Assembly (NCBI GenBank): GCA_002269645.1
Contig: NIVC01001592.1
Coordinates: 1 to 64,000, forward strand
DNA: 64,000 nt
DNA from: Macrostomum lignano
Taxonomy: Eukaryota
Reading direction: 5' to 3'
Shown: positions 41,180 to 55,164 of the stretch, one piece after another
Position numbering within the stretch: the stretch's first letter is position 1
How the letters are laid out: the number at the start of each line of letters is the position of its first letter
Translations under genes and position numbers: made by a program
Notes under the pieces: generated by a model
The model's input: the letters and a program-made list of their open reading frames with translations, nothing else
What the model was told of the DNA's origin: nothing
Database searches by the model: none

Positions 41180-41330
41180 GGAAGAGACTGTACATGCCTG
41201 ACGATTTGAAAGTCAGAGCCGCGGAACACCCTGTGTGAGCGAGTGCATGAGTGCGTGCCTGTGTACATTATTGGCCCGCTTGTATGTGCTCAGGATTCAG
41301 CGGAATGGGCAGAACTGCCTCAGCAACGAT
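41180..41330 (+). mobile_element. SINE family 2, partial copy
   Basis: caccctgtgtgagcgagtg...gtgctcaggattcagcggaatgggcag matches the 31093-31195 and 52960-53060 cores. Confidence 0.5.
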
Positions 41331-41839
41331 TGTGGAAGGATTTCACCTGCAGCCCTCCCGGAAATAAAATATTTCATTGGTCCGTCTCATCAGACAGAAG
41401 TTTTAATATATCAATAGTACAGATGACATTGCTTCCCAGCAAATGGTTTTCGATAAAAGCTACGCTGAGACTTATTGTCCCCCAAAATCGATTGCAAAAG
41501 CTTTGCAAACTGTTACGCCTAGAGAAACATCACCCTTTTGCTCCTCCCTGATTTCGAAGAGTTCTGCAGTTCTAAAAATAAAATGATTTTTCCAACCTTT
41601 GTGGATCGAAAAAATTGTTTTGTCAATCAAATCAATTTGAATTGATACATGTTCACCTCTGCAGCCTCATCGTGGATGAAAGCTCAGCCAGTCGGCTCTC
41701 TCTGTTTTAGGCCGGCACACGCATCAGTTTTTGATACTGGAAGCGAACAACCTGCTTCCTATTTAGGCAATTGAAATCGCATATTTCAACCTTCGAATCT
41801 TCCACTTCCCATTATCCGTTCTCAGCTTCCCACTTTGAT

Positions 41840-43590
41840 TCCTCACTTCCCGATTTCCCCACTTCCCGATTCCCCATTCCCCGATTCCCCACTCCCCGAT
41901 TCCCCACTTCCAGATTCCCCATTCCCCAAATCCCAGTTCCCGATTCCCCTTTCCCTGATTCCCCATTCCCTGATTCCCCACTTCCCGATTCCCCATTCCC
42001 CGATTCCCCATTCCCTGATTCCCCACTTCCCGATTCCCCATTCCCCGATTCCCCATTCCCCGATTCCCCATGCCCCGATTTCCCACTTCCCGATTCCCCA
42101 TTCCCCGATTCCCCATTCCCCGATTCCCCATGCCCCGATTTCCCACTTCCCGATTCCCCATTCCTCGATTCCCCATTCCCCGATTCCTCTCATCCCGATT
42201 CCCCATTCCCGGATTTCCCATTCCCCGATTCCCCATTCCCTGATTTCCCATTCCCCGATTCCCCACTCCCTGATTTCCCATTCCCCGATTCCCCATGCCT
42301 CGATTCCCCACTTCCCGATTCCTCACATCCCGATTCCCGATTCCCCGATTCCTCACATCCCCATTCCCCATTCCCGATTCCCCATTCCCCGATTCCTCTC
42401 ATCCCCATTCCCCATTCCCTGATTTCCCATTCCCCGATTCCCCACTCCCCGATTCCCCACTCCCCGATTCCCCACTCCCCGATACCCCACTCCCCGATTC
42501 CCTACTCTCCGATTCCCTACTCCCCGATTCCCCACTCCCCAATTCCCCACTCCCGATTCCCCACTCCCCGATTCCCCACTCCCCGATTCCCCGTTCCCCG
42601 ATTCCCCATTCCCCGATTCCTCACATCCCCATTCCCCATTCCCCGATTCCTCACATCCCCATTCCCCATTCCCTGATTTCCCATTCCCCGATTCCCCACT
42701 CCCCGATTCCCCACTCCCCGATTCCCCGTTCCCCGATTCCCCATTCCCCGATTCCTCACATCCCCATTCCCCATTCCCGATTCCTCACATCCCCGTTCCC
42801 CATTCCCTGATTTCCCATTCCCCGATTCCCCACTCCCCGATTCCCCACTCTCCGATTCCCCACTCCCCGATTCCCCACTCCCCGATTCCCCACTCCCCGA
42901 TTGCCTACTCCCCGATTCCCCACTCCCCGATTCCCCACTTCCCGATTCCCCACTTCCAGATTCACCATTCCACAAATCCCAGTTCTCGATTCCCCTTTCA
43001 TTGATTCCCATTCCCTGATTCCCCACTTCCTGATTCCCCACTTCCCAATTTCCCATTCCCAGATTCCTCACATCCTGATTCCCCATTCCTCGATTCCTCT
43101 CATCCCCATTCCCCATTCCCCGATTCCTCACATCCCGATTCCCCATTCCCGGATTTCCCATTCCCCGATTCCCCATTCCCGGATTTAACATTCCCCGATT
43201 CCCCATTTCCCGATTCCTCACATCCCGATTCCACATTCCCGGATTTCCCATTCCCCGATTCCCCATTCCCCGATTCCCCATTCCCCGATCCCCACTTTCC
43301 GATTCCCCATTCCACGATTTCCCATTTCCCGATTCCCTATTCCCGATTCCCTACTCCCCGATTCCTCACTCCCCGATTCCCCACTTCCCGATTCCCCACT
43401 TCCCGATTCCCCATTCCCCGATTCCCCATTCCCCGATTCCCCATTCCCCGATTCCCCATTCCCTGATTCCCCATTCCCCGATTCCCTATTCCCCGATTCC
43501 CCACTTCCCGATTCCCCATTCCCCTATTTTCCACTTCCAGATTCCCCATTCCCCGATTCCCCATTCCCCGATTCCCACCTCCCAAATCCT
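41840..43590. repeat. 15-nt C-rich minisatellite (G-rich opposite strand)
   Basis: Unit ccccgattccccatt over about 1.7 kb. Confidence 0.9.
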
Positions 43591-44089
43591 CACTCCATGA
43601 TTCCCCAACTTTCCGATGGCAAATTCACAGATGCTCCCATTGGCTGACTCGGGCTCATTCCCCCAGCCACTCACCCTCGCTTTCCTTCATTCGCCGCTGC
43701 CTCTATAATTTATCAAATCCCAAAAATAACCATCCCTTATCCATGCCACACTGCCGGATCGCATACACTGGCCACAGCTGTCACGCCTGACGCCTGCAGA
43801 CATCGACTGTAACTTGAAACCCATCTGAGATCATCAGCTCAGCCGCCACAGTCACTGCCGCTACTACGCATCATCTAAGGATTTTCTTGACGACTAGGTA
43901 AGAGTTAGAGGCGGATACGAACACGGGCTGAGTCTTCGCTAGCCAAGTAGTAAAAAGTTCATTCTGTGATGTTAGCCGAGACACAACATATTGATGACTA
44001 TCTTATTTTAGCATAGATTTAACCCTAGCTAAGGACCCGAAATTCATGCAGCTCCCATCCCTAAATATTCATTTTTTCTAGCTCCTATC

Positions 44090-44700
44090 CACCCCAAAAT
44101 CTCTTTCTATCTCACTGCTAAATCTCAGCCTATCTCACCCCTAAATCTCATCCTATCTCACTTCTAAATCTCTATCTCACCCCTAAATCTCTGCCTATCT
44201 CACTCCCAAACCTCATCCTATCTCACTAACAAGTCTCATCCTATCTCACTTCTAAATGTCTACTATCTGGCCATATATCTTATCCTATCTCACTCCTAAA
44301 TCTCTTCCTATCTCATCTAAATCTCATCCTATCTCATCCCTTAACCTCTGTCTATCTCAAGTTTAAATCTCTTCCTACCTCATCCCTAAATCTCTTTCTA
44401 TCTCACACCTAAATCTCTTCCTATCTCAACACCTAAATCTCTTCCTATCTCCTCTAAATCTCATCCTATCTCATCCCTTAACCTCTGTCTATCTCAATTT
44501 TAAATCTCTTCCTACCTCATCCCTAAATCTCTTCCTATCTCACTCCTAAATCTCTTCCTACCTCATCCCTAAATCTCTTCCTATCTCATACCTAAATCCT
44601 TCCTATCTCACTCTTAAATCTCTTCCTATCTCATCCCTAAATCTCTGTCTATCTCACCCCTAAGTCTCTGCCGATCTCACTCCTAAATCTCTACTTCTCA
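44090..44700. repeat. Minisatellite, 23-nt unit
   Basis: Unit cctatctcacccctaaatctctt. Confidence 0.85.
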
Positions 44701-45564
44701 AACTAAAAATATTTGCAGTTTGAAAACAAATCAATGCTTTTTATTCTTCCTTTTCATCCTTGTTCCCATGGCTTCCGTTTGCAAAACCAAATGAGTTTTT
44801 AATTCATTCTCATCTGGCCTTCCCCCCTTTCCAACTTTTTTTGAAGTCGAACCGCTCCGTCTGTTCACAACAGGCACAAACCGCTTCTAGCTAGTTTACA
44901 AGAAAAACTAAAAAACTGAGCACAGAGGTGGATTCTATTATAGTTACCGAAGAACTGATTAAAACAGTGCTAACTCATCTGGGAATTCACCGCAGTCCAT
45001 AGAAGGAATTACAAGCTTACGAGCAATGCTATAGACATTCTCAGAGAGATGCAAAATAATCCTGATTATGAGAGACCCCTCCTAGAGCAGGTGGCCAAGT
45101 CAAGGGTTTGGTTAATGGGTTTTCTTTATTTAGTGAATTTGCATTGCCTGGATTGAGCAGGGCCGGCTCCGCCTGGTTAACCCTTGTCCTCCTGGGTGTC
45201 TGGGATGAGGCACTATCGATACTATAGACTAACTAGTTGTGTCACTCAACAAAAATGTGCTTATCTACTTTTTTCTGTGGCAAAAAATATATATATATAT
45301 ATATATTTGTTTTTTTAGATCAGAGGGAGAAGGCAGAGAGACAGCAATTGCAGGCGCACAAAAACATTATACTGTCCTGTATGGATATGTATTGTATATA
45401 ACGCAATTATATTTGCGAATATAGGCGATAGGCCAATGAAGCGAAAAAAACTAGTAGTTGTGATGGCGAGTAAAGGGGGGGTTAAAAGCAGAGTTAAAAA
45501 ACTGGCACTTAAGCCAGAGAAGCGAGACAAGGCGAGGCGGGCACAATACAGGGGCTAAAAAGGC

Positions 45565-46360
45565 ACCCCCCAGACAGACGCACACCGGCAGCCACCCACC
45601 CGGAGACAGACGCACACAGGCACCCGCACCCCTGCAGACAGACGCACACAGGCAACCCCCAAACCCAGACAGACGCACACAGGCACCCACCCGGAGACAG
45701 ACGCACACAGGCAACCCCCAAACCCAGACAGACGCACATAGGCACCCACCCCCCACTGACGCACACCAGCACCCATCCCCCCCACTGACGCACACCAGCA
45801 CCCACCCCCACCCCCAGACCGTCTGCGCTAACCGGCACCCACCCCCTCCCCCCAGACAGACGCACACAGGCACCCACCCCCCAGACAGACGCACACAGGC
45901 ACCCACCCCCACCCCCCAGACCGTCTGTGCACACCGGCACCCACCCCCTCCCCCCAGACAGACGCACACAGGCACCCACCCCCCCCAGACAGACGCACAC
46001 AGGCACCCACCCCCCTCCAGACAGACGCACACAGGCACCCACCCCACCCCCTAGACAGACGCACACAGGCACCTACCCCTAGACAGACGCACACAGGCAC
46101 CCACCCCACCCCCTAGACAGACGCACACAGGCACCTACCCCTAGACAGACGCATACAGGCACCCACCCCTAGACAGACGCACACAGGCACCCACCCCCCT
46201 AGACAGACGCACACAGGCACCCACCCCACCCCCTAGACAGACGCACACAGGCACCTACCCCTAGACAGACGCATACAGGCACCCACCCCTAGACAGACGC
46301 ACACAGGCACCCACCCCACCCCCTAGACAGACGCACACAGGCACCCACCCCCCAGACAGA
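45565..46360. repeat. Minisatellite, about 28-38-nt unit
   Basis: cagacagacgcacacaggcacccacccc with variable C runs. Confidence 0.88.
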
Positions 46361-46929
46361 CTTTCTCAGGTGGTACTTTGATGATTTCTTTTTAGAAATT
46401 TATAGTCAAAACCATACGTTTGTACGATTATAATTTATTGAAGCTAAAATATAGATCTATCGATTTAAAACTACATCAGTTTTATGGGTCTATTTATGAG
46501 ATATTAATATTATCCATAGGAGTGATTGTCAATGCTTTTTTGGACACCCCTCGCTGTCCAACAGATAAATGACTTTCTAAAAGACAGGACTGTTCCTTAC
46601 AAAAAATGCTTTTATGCCCTTTAATCTGACTGGAGCTTGTGATTGAACCCGGGGCACCCCGGTTATCATAATTGAGGATCTCGCGCACGCACTGGAAGGT
46701 CTTCAGCCTGGCACGCAATCAGGATATCAGAGATATATGATACCAACCCGCCTCTGACTGAGTCTTCCGCCTTTGTGAAAATTCTTTCATTTCGTGAGAA
46801 TGCGGAAAAGAAAAGAAACTCATAAAAAATTAGAAGAATTGCAAAATGATTCGGGGGCCTCAACTTATCTATGGATTGGAATGGGAACTTTGAGGGTTTG
46901 GAATGGGAAGTTGGAAGAAAAACTGATCC

Positions 46930-47670
46930 GACTGAGTCGGAAGGATTGGAATGGGAACTCTGAAGGATTGGAATGGGAACTCTGAAGGATTGGAATGGGA
47001 AGTCAGAGGGATTGGAATGGGAACTCTGAAGGATTGGAATGAGAAGTCAGAGGGATTGGAATGGGAACTCTGAAGGATTGGAATGAGAAGTCAGAAGGAT
47101 TGGAATGAGAAGTCAGAGGGATTGGAATGAGAAGTCAGGGATTGGAATTAGAAGTCAGAGGGATTGGAATGAGAAGTCAGAGGGATTGGAATTAGAAGTC
47201 AGAGGGATTGGAATGAGAAGTCAGAGGGATTGGAATGGGAACTCTGAAGGATTGGAATGAGAAGTCTGAGGGATTGGAATGGGAAGTCGGAAGAATTGGA
47301 ATGAGAAGTCAGAGGGATTGGAATGGGAAATCAGAAGGATTGGAATGGGAAATCAGAAAGATTGGAATGGGAATTCAGAAGGATTGGAATGGGAATTCAG
47401 AAGGATTGGAATGGGAAATCAGAAGGATTGGAATGGGAAATCAGAAGGATTGGAATGGGAAATCAGAAAGATTGGAATGGGAATTCAGAAGGATTGGAAT
47501 GAGAAGTCGGAAGGATTGGAATGGGAAGTTGGAAGAATTGGAATGGAAAATCAGAAGGATTGGAATGAGAAGTCAGAAGGATTGGAATGGGAAGTCTGAG
47601 GGATTGGAATGGGAAGTCAAAAGAATTGGAATGGGAAGTCTGTGGGATTGGAATGGGAACTCGGAAGGAT
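46930..47670. repeat. Minisatellite, 22-nt unit
   Basis: Unit ggattggaatgggaaatcagaa. Confidence 0.9.
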
Positions 47671-48169
47671 CATAGAAGGCTGCCGAGTACTCTAGGAGCA
47701 GTAAAAATGTAACATTTTGCCAGTTCTTTTACTTATCAGCCATCAGTCAGCGAGCGCGAAAGAATTTAGAAACTTGAAAAGGTCGTTAGAAAGCAAAATT
47801 ATATTTTAGCTTAAAACAAAAAAATTGAAAAAGAATTAGCGTGCCTGGGCATTCGAACGGATTATACCCCAGCTTAGCCTTGTTATAATCGTTAATCCTC
47901 TTTCTAAACAACTCCAATCTGCCTTAGGCAGGTGGGGAGAAACACTGTTTCAGGAATTTTGTTTTAAAGAGATGTGGAGGCTGAAGATTCTCATATTTGC
48001 TTGGTTGCTCTGAATTGTGAAGTGAATTGTGCTTCACGGGGTGCCTGCAGCTCTTGTTTGAATTCTACTCTTAGCCTGACTCTTGTGACTTTTCTGACGT
48101 TTTCTGCCGTGCCCTCATCAGATCAGCCGCTTTTAGACAGACTCCGTGTCAGGAAGGCGCCAAAATGAG

Positions 48170-48585
48170 TGTCAGGTAGACACGGAACTGAAGGTCAGGT
48201 AGACACTGAACTGAAGGTCAGGTAGACACTGAAATGAAGGTCAGCGAGACACTGAAATGAAGGTCAGGTAGACATTGAAATGAAGGTCAGGGAAACATTG
48301 AAATGAAGGTCAGGGAGACACTGAAATGAAGGTCAGGTAGACACTGAACTGAAGGTCAGGTAGACACTGAACTGAAGGTCAGGTAGACACTGAAATGAAG
48401 GTCAGGTAGACACTGAACTGAAGGTCAGGTAGACACTGAAATGAAGGTCAGGTAGACACTGAAATAAGTGTCAGGGAGACACTGAAATGAAGGTCAGGGA
48501 GACATTGAAATGAAGGTCAGGTAGACACTGAAATGAAGGTCAGGTATACACTGAACTGAAGGTCAGGTAGACACTGAAATAAGTG
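48170..48585. repeat. Minisatellite, 23-nt unit
   Basis: Unit aggtcaggtagacactgaaatga. Confidence 0.9.
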
Positions 48586-48780
48586 TCAGGAAGGCGCCAA
48601 AATGAGTGTCAGGAAGGCGCAATAATGGCCGCCAAAACTTGATCACTGATGATTAACCAGAGACCCACACCAGCCGCTGCAGGACATGTGCATCTAAGAG
48701 GCTTAGGAGGTCGTTGCCAAAGCACTAAAAATCTTCACTATCCCGAACACTGTCCGCAGACTCACCGGAAGCCTGTCAGG

Positions 48781-51246
48781 ATGCACATCTACCCGTACGA
48801 GCAATACTTCTACGACAATTTCCCAGCCTACAGGGCTGGCAAGCAGGTGAAATGCTGGCTGCCGCCTTTGCTCCTGCTAGTAGGCACTGTCGGCAACTGT
48901 CTCGGCATCCACGTGCTGCGGAGTCGCTGCGGTCGCACTCCGGTGTACCGTTACCTGCTCATGCTGGCCGTCACTGACCAGGCCGTGCTGCTGACTGGCC
49001 TGCTCTGGAAATGGCTCAAGGAGGCCTTCGGCTTTCGGCCGGACACCTGGAGCGCCGTCAGCTGCAAGATGATCTTCTATACGCAGTTCTGCTGCAGCTA
49101 CGCTTCCGTGTGGCTCATTGTTGCCATGACAACCGAACGATTCTGCGTCATCGCCTGCCCGCTGAGGGCCAACGCCGCCTCTGGGAGGTCGCGCCGAGTA
49201 AAACTGAGCATCGCCGCCATCTTCTGCCTCGACGCCGTCTTTAACACGCACTGGCTGTGGACGCTGGGCTTGGCGAGGAAGAGCGTCAATGTCACGGTGA
49301 GCTGCCTTGGGGGGACTCTTCGGGCAGTTGAGTCGCAGACAGCTTGGAGGCGAGCAGTCACGCCAATGCTCTGAAGCAGACTAACACGGTACACACTCAC
49401 ATGGAGTGGACAGCCTAGCCCTGTCGCCTTCTCATTGTCAGGCCAATCCTAACCTACCCTAATTCCTAAACCCTAACCTATCCTAATACCTCAATCCTAA
49501 TCTACCCTAATACCTCAATCCTAATCTATCCTAATTCCTAAACCCTAACCTACCCTAATTCCTCAATCCTAACCTACCCTAATACCTCAATCCTAATCTA
49601 TCCTAATTCCTAAACCCTAACCTACCCTAATTCCTAAACCCTAACTTATCCTAATACCTCAATCCCTAAACCCTAACCTATCCTAATACCTCAATCCTAA
49701 TCTATCCTAATTCCTAAACCCTAACCTATCCTAATACCTAAATCCTAATCTACCCTAATTCCCAAACCCTAACCTATCCTAATACCTCAATCCTAATCTA
49801 TCCTAATTCCTAAACCCTAACTTATCCTAATTCCTAAATCCTAATCTACCCTAATTCCCAAACCCTAACCTATCCTAATACCTCAATCCTAATCTATCCT
49901 AATTCCTAAACCCTAACCTATCCTAATACCTCAATCCTAATCTATCCTATTTCCTAAACCCTAACCTATCCTAATACATCAATCCTAATCTATCCTAATT
50001 CCTAAACCCTAACCTATCCTAATTCCTCAATCCTAATCTACCCTAATACCTCAATCCTAATCTATCCTAATTCCTAAACACTAACCTATCCTAATACCTC
50101 AATCCTAATCTATCCTAATTCCTAAACCCTAACCTACCCTAATTCCTCAATCCTAACCTACCCTAATACCTAAATCCTAATCTACCCTAATTCCTAAACT
50201 CTAATCTACCCTAATTCCTCAATCCTAACCTATCCTACTTCCTCAACCCTAACCTAAGCCCTAATATCGGCAACAAGTAAAGTTTCTTGTTCTTCTGTGC
50301 TTTGGGATAATTTGTCCTAATCAGCTAATTTAGAGTTCAGATTTTGGAGACGTCATGCTCAGGGATCAGGCGACAGCATGATTTGCAAGCTAACAATGCC
50401 CCTTGCCCCGCACCGCAGGACGGCCTGACTTACAACTACAGCGACTGCGACCTCCGCCCGGAGTTGGGCCTGGGCTACGCCGTGTACTGGACCGACACCG
50501 TGGCCTTCTTGCTCATCCCGTTCACCGTGATCCTGGCAATGAACACCGTCATGATTGTGCAGGTGAAGCGAGCCAAGTCGCTCATGAGCGGCGGTGGCGG
50601 CGGCGGCGTCGGCGGCAGCCAGCAGGACCGGAGCGCCAGCCTACTGTCAGCGGTCGTCGGACCTCGCGCAGCTGAGGCCGGAGGCGCAGCAACCACAACG
50701 GCAGTCGCGAAGATTCCAACCCGCCTGGTGACTCTGATGCTCATTGTCATTTCCGCGTCTTACCTGCTGTGCACCGGGCCGATCGCCGTGCTCAAGCTGT
50801 CAATCATCCTGGGCGACCTGCCGGGCTCGGCCGATCACGCCAGAATTGCCCGCTACCACCTGGCCGACGCTGTCGCCGAGATGGTGATGTACACCAATCA
50901 CGTGGTCAATTTCTATCTCTACTGCGCGTCCGGGGCTCGATTCCGGCGGGAATTCCGTCGGGCCGTCTGCGGCCGCTGCCTGCGCGATCAGCGCCGCGGC
51001 CGGGCTGTTCCCAGACGGCCGCAGCAGCCGGCGGAGGCGGCGCCGATGGCTTGGCTCCGCGTGCCGCAGAACGGCAGCCACCGAGTGTACCGCCTGCCCC
51101 AGTGCCAGCTGCCCCAGCAGTACCTGCAGCCTCAGCGGCGGGCGTCTCTGCCGGGAAATGGCGCGGTGGAAACAGTGCAGCTGGTTGCCACCTCGAATCG
51201 GTTGGCGCTGATGCCGACAGCTGGCGAAGTTGAGCAAAGAATTTGA
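48781..51246 (+). CDS. Class A (rhodopsin-like) peptide GPCR, FMRFamide/myosuppressin-receptor-like group
   Basis: Exon 48781-49296 contains GTVGN (TM1), LAVTD (TM2), SCK...SVWLIVAMTTERF (TM3) and PLRA. Exon 50419-51246 contains LLIPF...N (TM5), YLLCTGP (TM6) and NHVVNFYLYCASGARFRREF (TM7/H8). Phase-0 GT-AG intron. Confidence 0.9.
49445..50260. repeat. Telomere-like CCCTAA/CCTAAT satellite, 24/48-nt higher-order unit, in GPCR intron
   Basis: Unit cctaaaccctaacctatcctaatacctcaatcctaatctatcctaatt; period 48 at 49861/49909. Confidence 0.85.
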
Positions 51247-51334
51247 ATCAGCGACTTCTAGGCGAGACAATACGAGCGGTTCTTTTAAAGTGTGGATAAA
51301 ATAGGAACCCACAATTTCAATTATCATTGAAGGT

Positions 51335-51530
51335 AGGAAGGCGCTAAAATGGGTGTCAGGAAGGCGCTAAAATGAGTGTCAGGAAGGCGCTAAAATGAGT
51401 GTCAGGAAGGCGCTTAAATGAGTGTCAGGAAGGCGCTAAAGTGAGTGTCAGGAAGTCCCAAAAAGTATCAGGAAGGCGCTAAATTGAGTGTCAGGAAGGC
51501 GCTGAAATGAGTGTCAGGAAGGCGCTTATC
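51335..51530. repeat. Minisatellite, 23-nt unit
   Basis: Unit aggaaggcgctaaaatgagtgtc. Confidence 0.88.
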
Positions 51531-52189
51531 TGAATTATCAAAAAATGATAATTCAGGCCATAGAAAACTAGAATTTTCCAGAGCAGATGAAGCTGCTAGT
51601 CTTCAATGGGTGTTGCTTGAATGTTGATTTTACATTTTTTGACGCTTTTTATATTTAATAACTCATAAACTCAGTGACCCAATAGTCCATGATAAAATCT
51701 CATTCATTTCTGAAAAACTGTAAAACCCCTAATTTCCATTCTGTTGTGTCCTAATTAAAACTGTCAACTTAAAGTTTCTCAAGCAGCTTGAAACACTGTC
51801 TTTATATATCGCGATGTTCTTGATTTGAATTGGCGCCAAACTTGTCATACTCCCACGTAAGTCAGTTTTAAGCAAAGAAGCTCTCCAAACTAGCTCTTAA
51901 ACCTCTGAAAGCTAGCTTAGATAATCATATACGATCTTAATTTATGCCCGAGTAATGTCTCTATAGTTAATTAAGGACTGCAGATTTTGCAGTTCAATGA
52001 GTTCAAAAAAGAACTATGACTGAGGTAATTAGCCTGCCTATGACTCGGCAGCTGCATGCGTTCTGTGCGTTTCGCCTCTTTCAATGAGAATTCTGTCGGT
52101 TGAGGATTTACGAACTACATTAGTCTGGGAAGTTCGTCTCTTGCCTGCTGCGTGCACCGAACCCTCATTTTTGTAAGTTCGACTAGTTG

Positions 52190-52885
52190 AATTCTAATGG
52201 CTCAGTCACAGCTGGATTCTAATGGATCATTAGCAGCTGAATTCTAATGCCTCAGTCACAGCTGAATTCTAATGGATCAGTCACAGCTGGATTCTAATGG
52301 ATCATTAGCAGCTGAATTCTAATGGATCAGTCACAGCTGAATTCTAATGGATCATTAGCAGCTGAATTCTAATGCCTCAGTCACAGCTGAATTCTAATGG
52401 ATCAGTCACAGCTGGATTCGAATGGATCATTAGCAGCTGAATTCTAATGGATCAGTCACAGCTGAATTCTAATGGATCATTAGCAGCTGAATTCTAATGC
52501 CTCAGTCACAGCTGAATTCTAATGGATCAGTCACAGCTGGATTCTAATGGATCATTAGCAGCTGAATTCTAATGGATCAGTCACAGCTGAATTCTAATGG
52601 ATCAGTCACAGCTGGATTCTAATGGATCATTAGCAGCTGAATTCTAATGCCTCAGTCACAGCTGAATTCTAATGGATCAGTCACAGCTGGATTCTAATGG
52701 ATCATTAGCAGCTGAATTCTAATGCCTCAGTCACAGCTGAATTCTAATGGATCAGTCACAGCTGGATTCTAATGGATCATTAGCAGCTGAATTCTAATGG
52801 CTCATTCACAGCTGAATTCTAATGGATCAGTCACAGCTGGATTCTAATGGCTCATTAGCAGCTGAATTCTAATGCCTCAGTCACA
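52190..52885. repeat. Minisatellite, 25-nt unit
   Basis: Unit cagctgaattctaatggatcagtca. Confidence 0.92.
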
Positions 52886-53242
52886 CTTTTTTATTAGAGG
52901 CAGGGGGTTGTGTGCACCCTGGCGCACTTAAGGGACATAGGCACACAACCGGCGAGAGGCATTGCTGCCCATTCCGCCGACTCCCCTGAGCAGGCACACA
53001 AGCGCGCGGATACGTACGCAGGCACACACTCACACAGGAGTGTACAGCGGCCCTAACTTTTTTATCGGTAGGCATGTACACTTCACTGCGCCTTGGGGGG
53101 TTGGCTCTCAAGGCCGTTAATTGCACGAGCAGAGCCAAGCCGAGATTCCAATTCAGCCCCAAATTAATGTGACTGCACTTGGAATCGAGCCTGGGCCGCT
53201 GGCACACCAGAGCCTGCGCTAGACCGCTGGGCTACGGCCCCC
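52885..53242 (-). mobile_element. tRNA-derived SINE family 2, near full-length copy
   Basis: Minus strand gggggccgtagcccagcggtctagcgc (A box)...ggctcgattcc (B box), then the shared core and a 3' aataaaaaaag tail. Confidence 0.65.
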
Positions 53243-53574
53243 TTGGCTCAGTCACACACTTTGAAATCAATCCAATTGTACTAATGGTCAACATTTATCT
53301 TTAAAAGAGATTTTGATTTTGTGTAATTTCTCAATGCTTTTTTAATCAGGAAGCAGTCTCACTGGAACACGGAAATGTGATTGGAATACAAAGCAAGGCT
53401 CAACTCCCCAAAGTATTGGGAAATCAAATTAAAACGGAATAAAGGAAAGGAAATGTTTTTCTGCTGGTTGTTAAAGCAGAGCGAAACTGCAGGTACCTAC
53501 GAGTACCTGTTTGAAAATCCTGAATTACAAGCTGTACAAGAGAGTAGGAAGGTAGGAATGGATGACGCAGTTTC

Positions 53575-54675
53575 ACCTGTTGGACTGTCAGTAAGTTACC
53601 TGTGTTAGTCAGCTGTGTCACCTGTTGGACTGTCAGTAAGTTACCTGTGTTAGTCAGCTGTGTCACCTGTTGGACTGTCAGTAAGTTACCTGTGTTAGTC
53701 AGCTGTGTCACCTGTTGGACTGTCAGTAAGTTACCTGTGTTAGTCAGCAGTTTCACCTGTTGGACTGTCAGTAAGTTACCTATGTTAGTCAGCAGTTTCA
53801 CCTGTTGGACTGTCAGTAAGTTACCTATGTTAGTCAGCTGTGTCACCTGTTGGACTGTCAGTAAGTTACCTGTGTTAGTCAGCTGTGTCACCTGTTGGAC
53901 TGTCAGTAAGTTACCTGTGTTAGTCAGCTGTGTCACCTGTTGGACTGTCAGTAAGTTACCTGTGTTAGTCAGCTGTGTCACCTGTTGGACTGTCAGTAAG
54001 TTACCTGTGTTAGTCAGCTGTGTCACCTGTTGGACTGTCAGTAAGTTACCTGTGTTAGTCAGCTGTGTCACCTGTTGGACTGTCAGTAAGTTACCTGTGT
54101 TAGTCAGCTGTGTCACCTGTTGGACTGTCAGTAAGTTACCTATGTTAGTCAGCTGTGTCACCTGTTGGACTGTCAGTAAGTTACCTGTGTTAGTCAGCTG
54201 TGTCACCTGTTGGACTGTCAGTAAGTTACCTGTGTTAGTCAGCTGTGTCACCTGTTGGACTGTCAGCAAGTTACCTGTGTTAGTCAGCTGTGTCACCTGT
54301 TGGACTGTCAGTAAGTTACCTGTGTTAGTCAGCAGTTTCACCTGTTGGACTGTCAGTAAGTTACCTATGTTAGTCAGCAGTTTCACCTGTTGGACTGTCA
54401 GTAAGTTACCTATGTTAGTCAGCTGTGTCACCTGTTGGACTGTCAGTAAGTTACCTGTGTTAGTCAGCTGTGTCACCTGTTGGACTGTCAGTAAGTTACC
54501 TATGTTAGTCAGCTGTGTCACCTGTTGGACTGTCAGTAAGTTACCTGTGTTAGTCAGCTGTGTCACCTGTTGGACTGTCAGTAAGTTACCTGTGTTAGTC
54601 AGCTGTGTCACCTGTTGGACTGTCAGTAAGTTACCTGTGTTAGTCAGCTGTGTCACCTGTTGGACTGTCAGCAAG
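53575..54675. repeat. Highly homogeneous minisatellite, 45-nt unit
   Basis: Unit cctgttggactgtcagtaagttacctgtgttagtcagctgtgtca, about 24 copies. Confidence 0.95.
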
Positions 54676-55164
54676 AGAGTGAAACACCTGGTGTCTATTT
54701 ACCAAACCTGATAGGCAGTTTGATAAAAGTACAATATAATGCGTGCATGATCTGTCAGAAATAATGCAAATTGCAATTGTAAAGAAATCGCTTTGGAAAG
54801 AAACTTAAGCCTCTGTCTAAATAGAGCAGAGAACCAGGTTGAGAGCGAGATGGAGAGTGAATTAATGTTGACACGCGAGTAATAAAAAGTAGCGTAGATG
54901 ATAGATCCTACAACAGAACCGTGTTGACTCAGCCATGCGGTCTATACCCAGCGCCATGGCAGTCACACCAGCAGGGGTCAGTGGAAGGTCATGTCGTCTG
55001 TAAGAAATGCTTTGCCTAATGCATCTCGGGCTTAAAGACTCTTTTATGCTTGTAATTTCACTGATCGCACCTTTTGGATAGATGCTCGAATGTAAGTTTC
55101 TTTAGAAAGTTAATGTACGCCGCACGTTGAAATGTAGGGTCAATTTATGTCGCTAGGAAACTTG

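Noticed and set aside
53424-54711. 45-nt array resembling a CRISPR array or repeat protein (both strands open)
   Set aside because: Units are contiguous and near-identical with no unique spacers. There are no cas genes and the context is eukaryotic. The ORFs follow from a stop-free unit divisible by 3.
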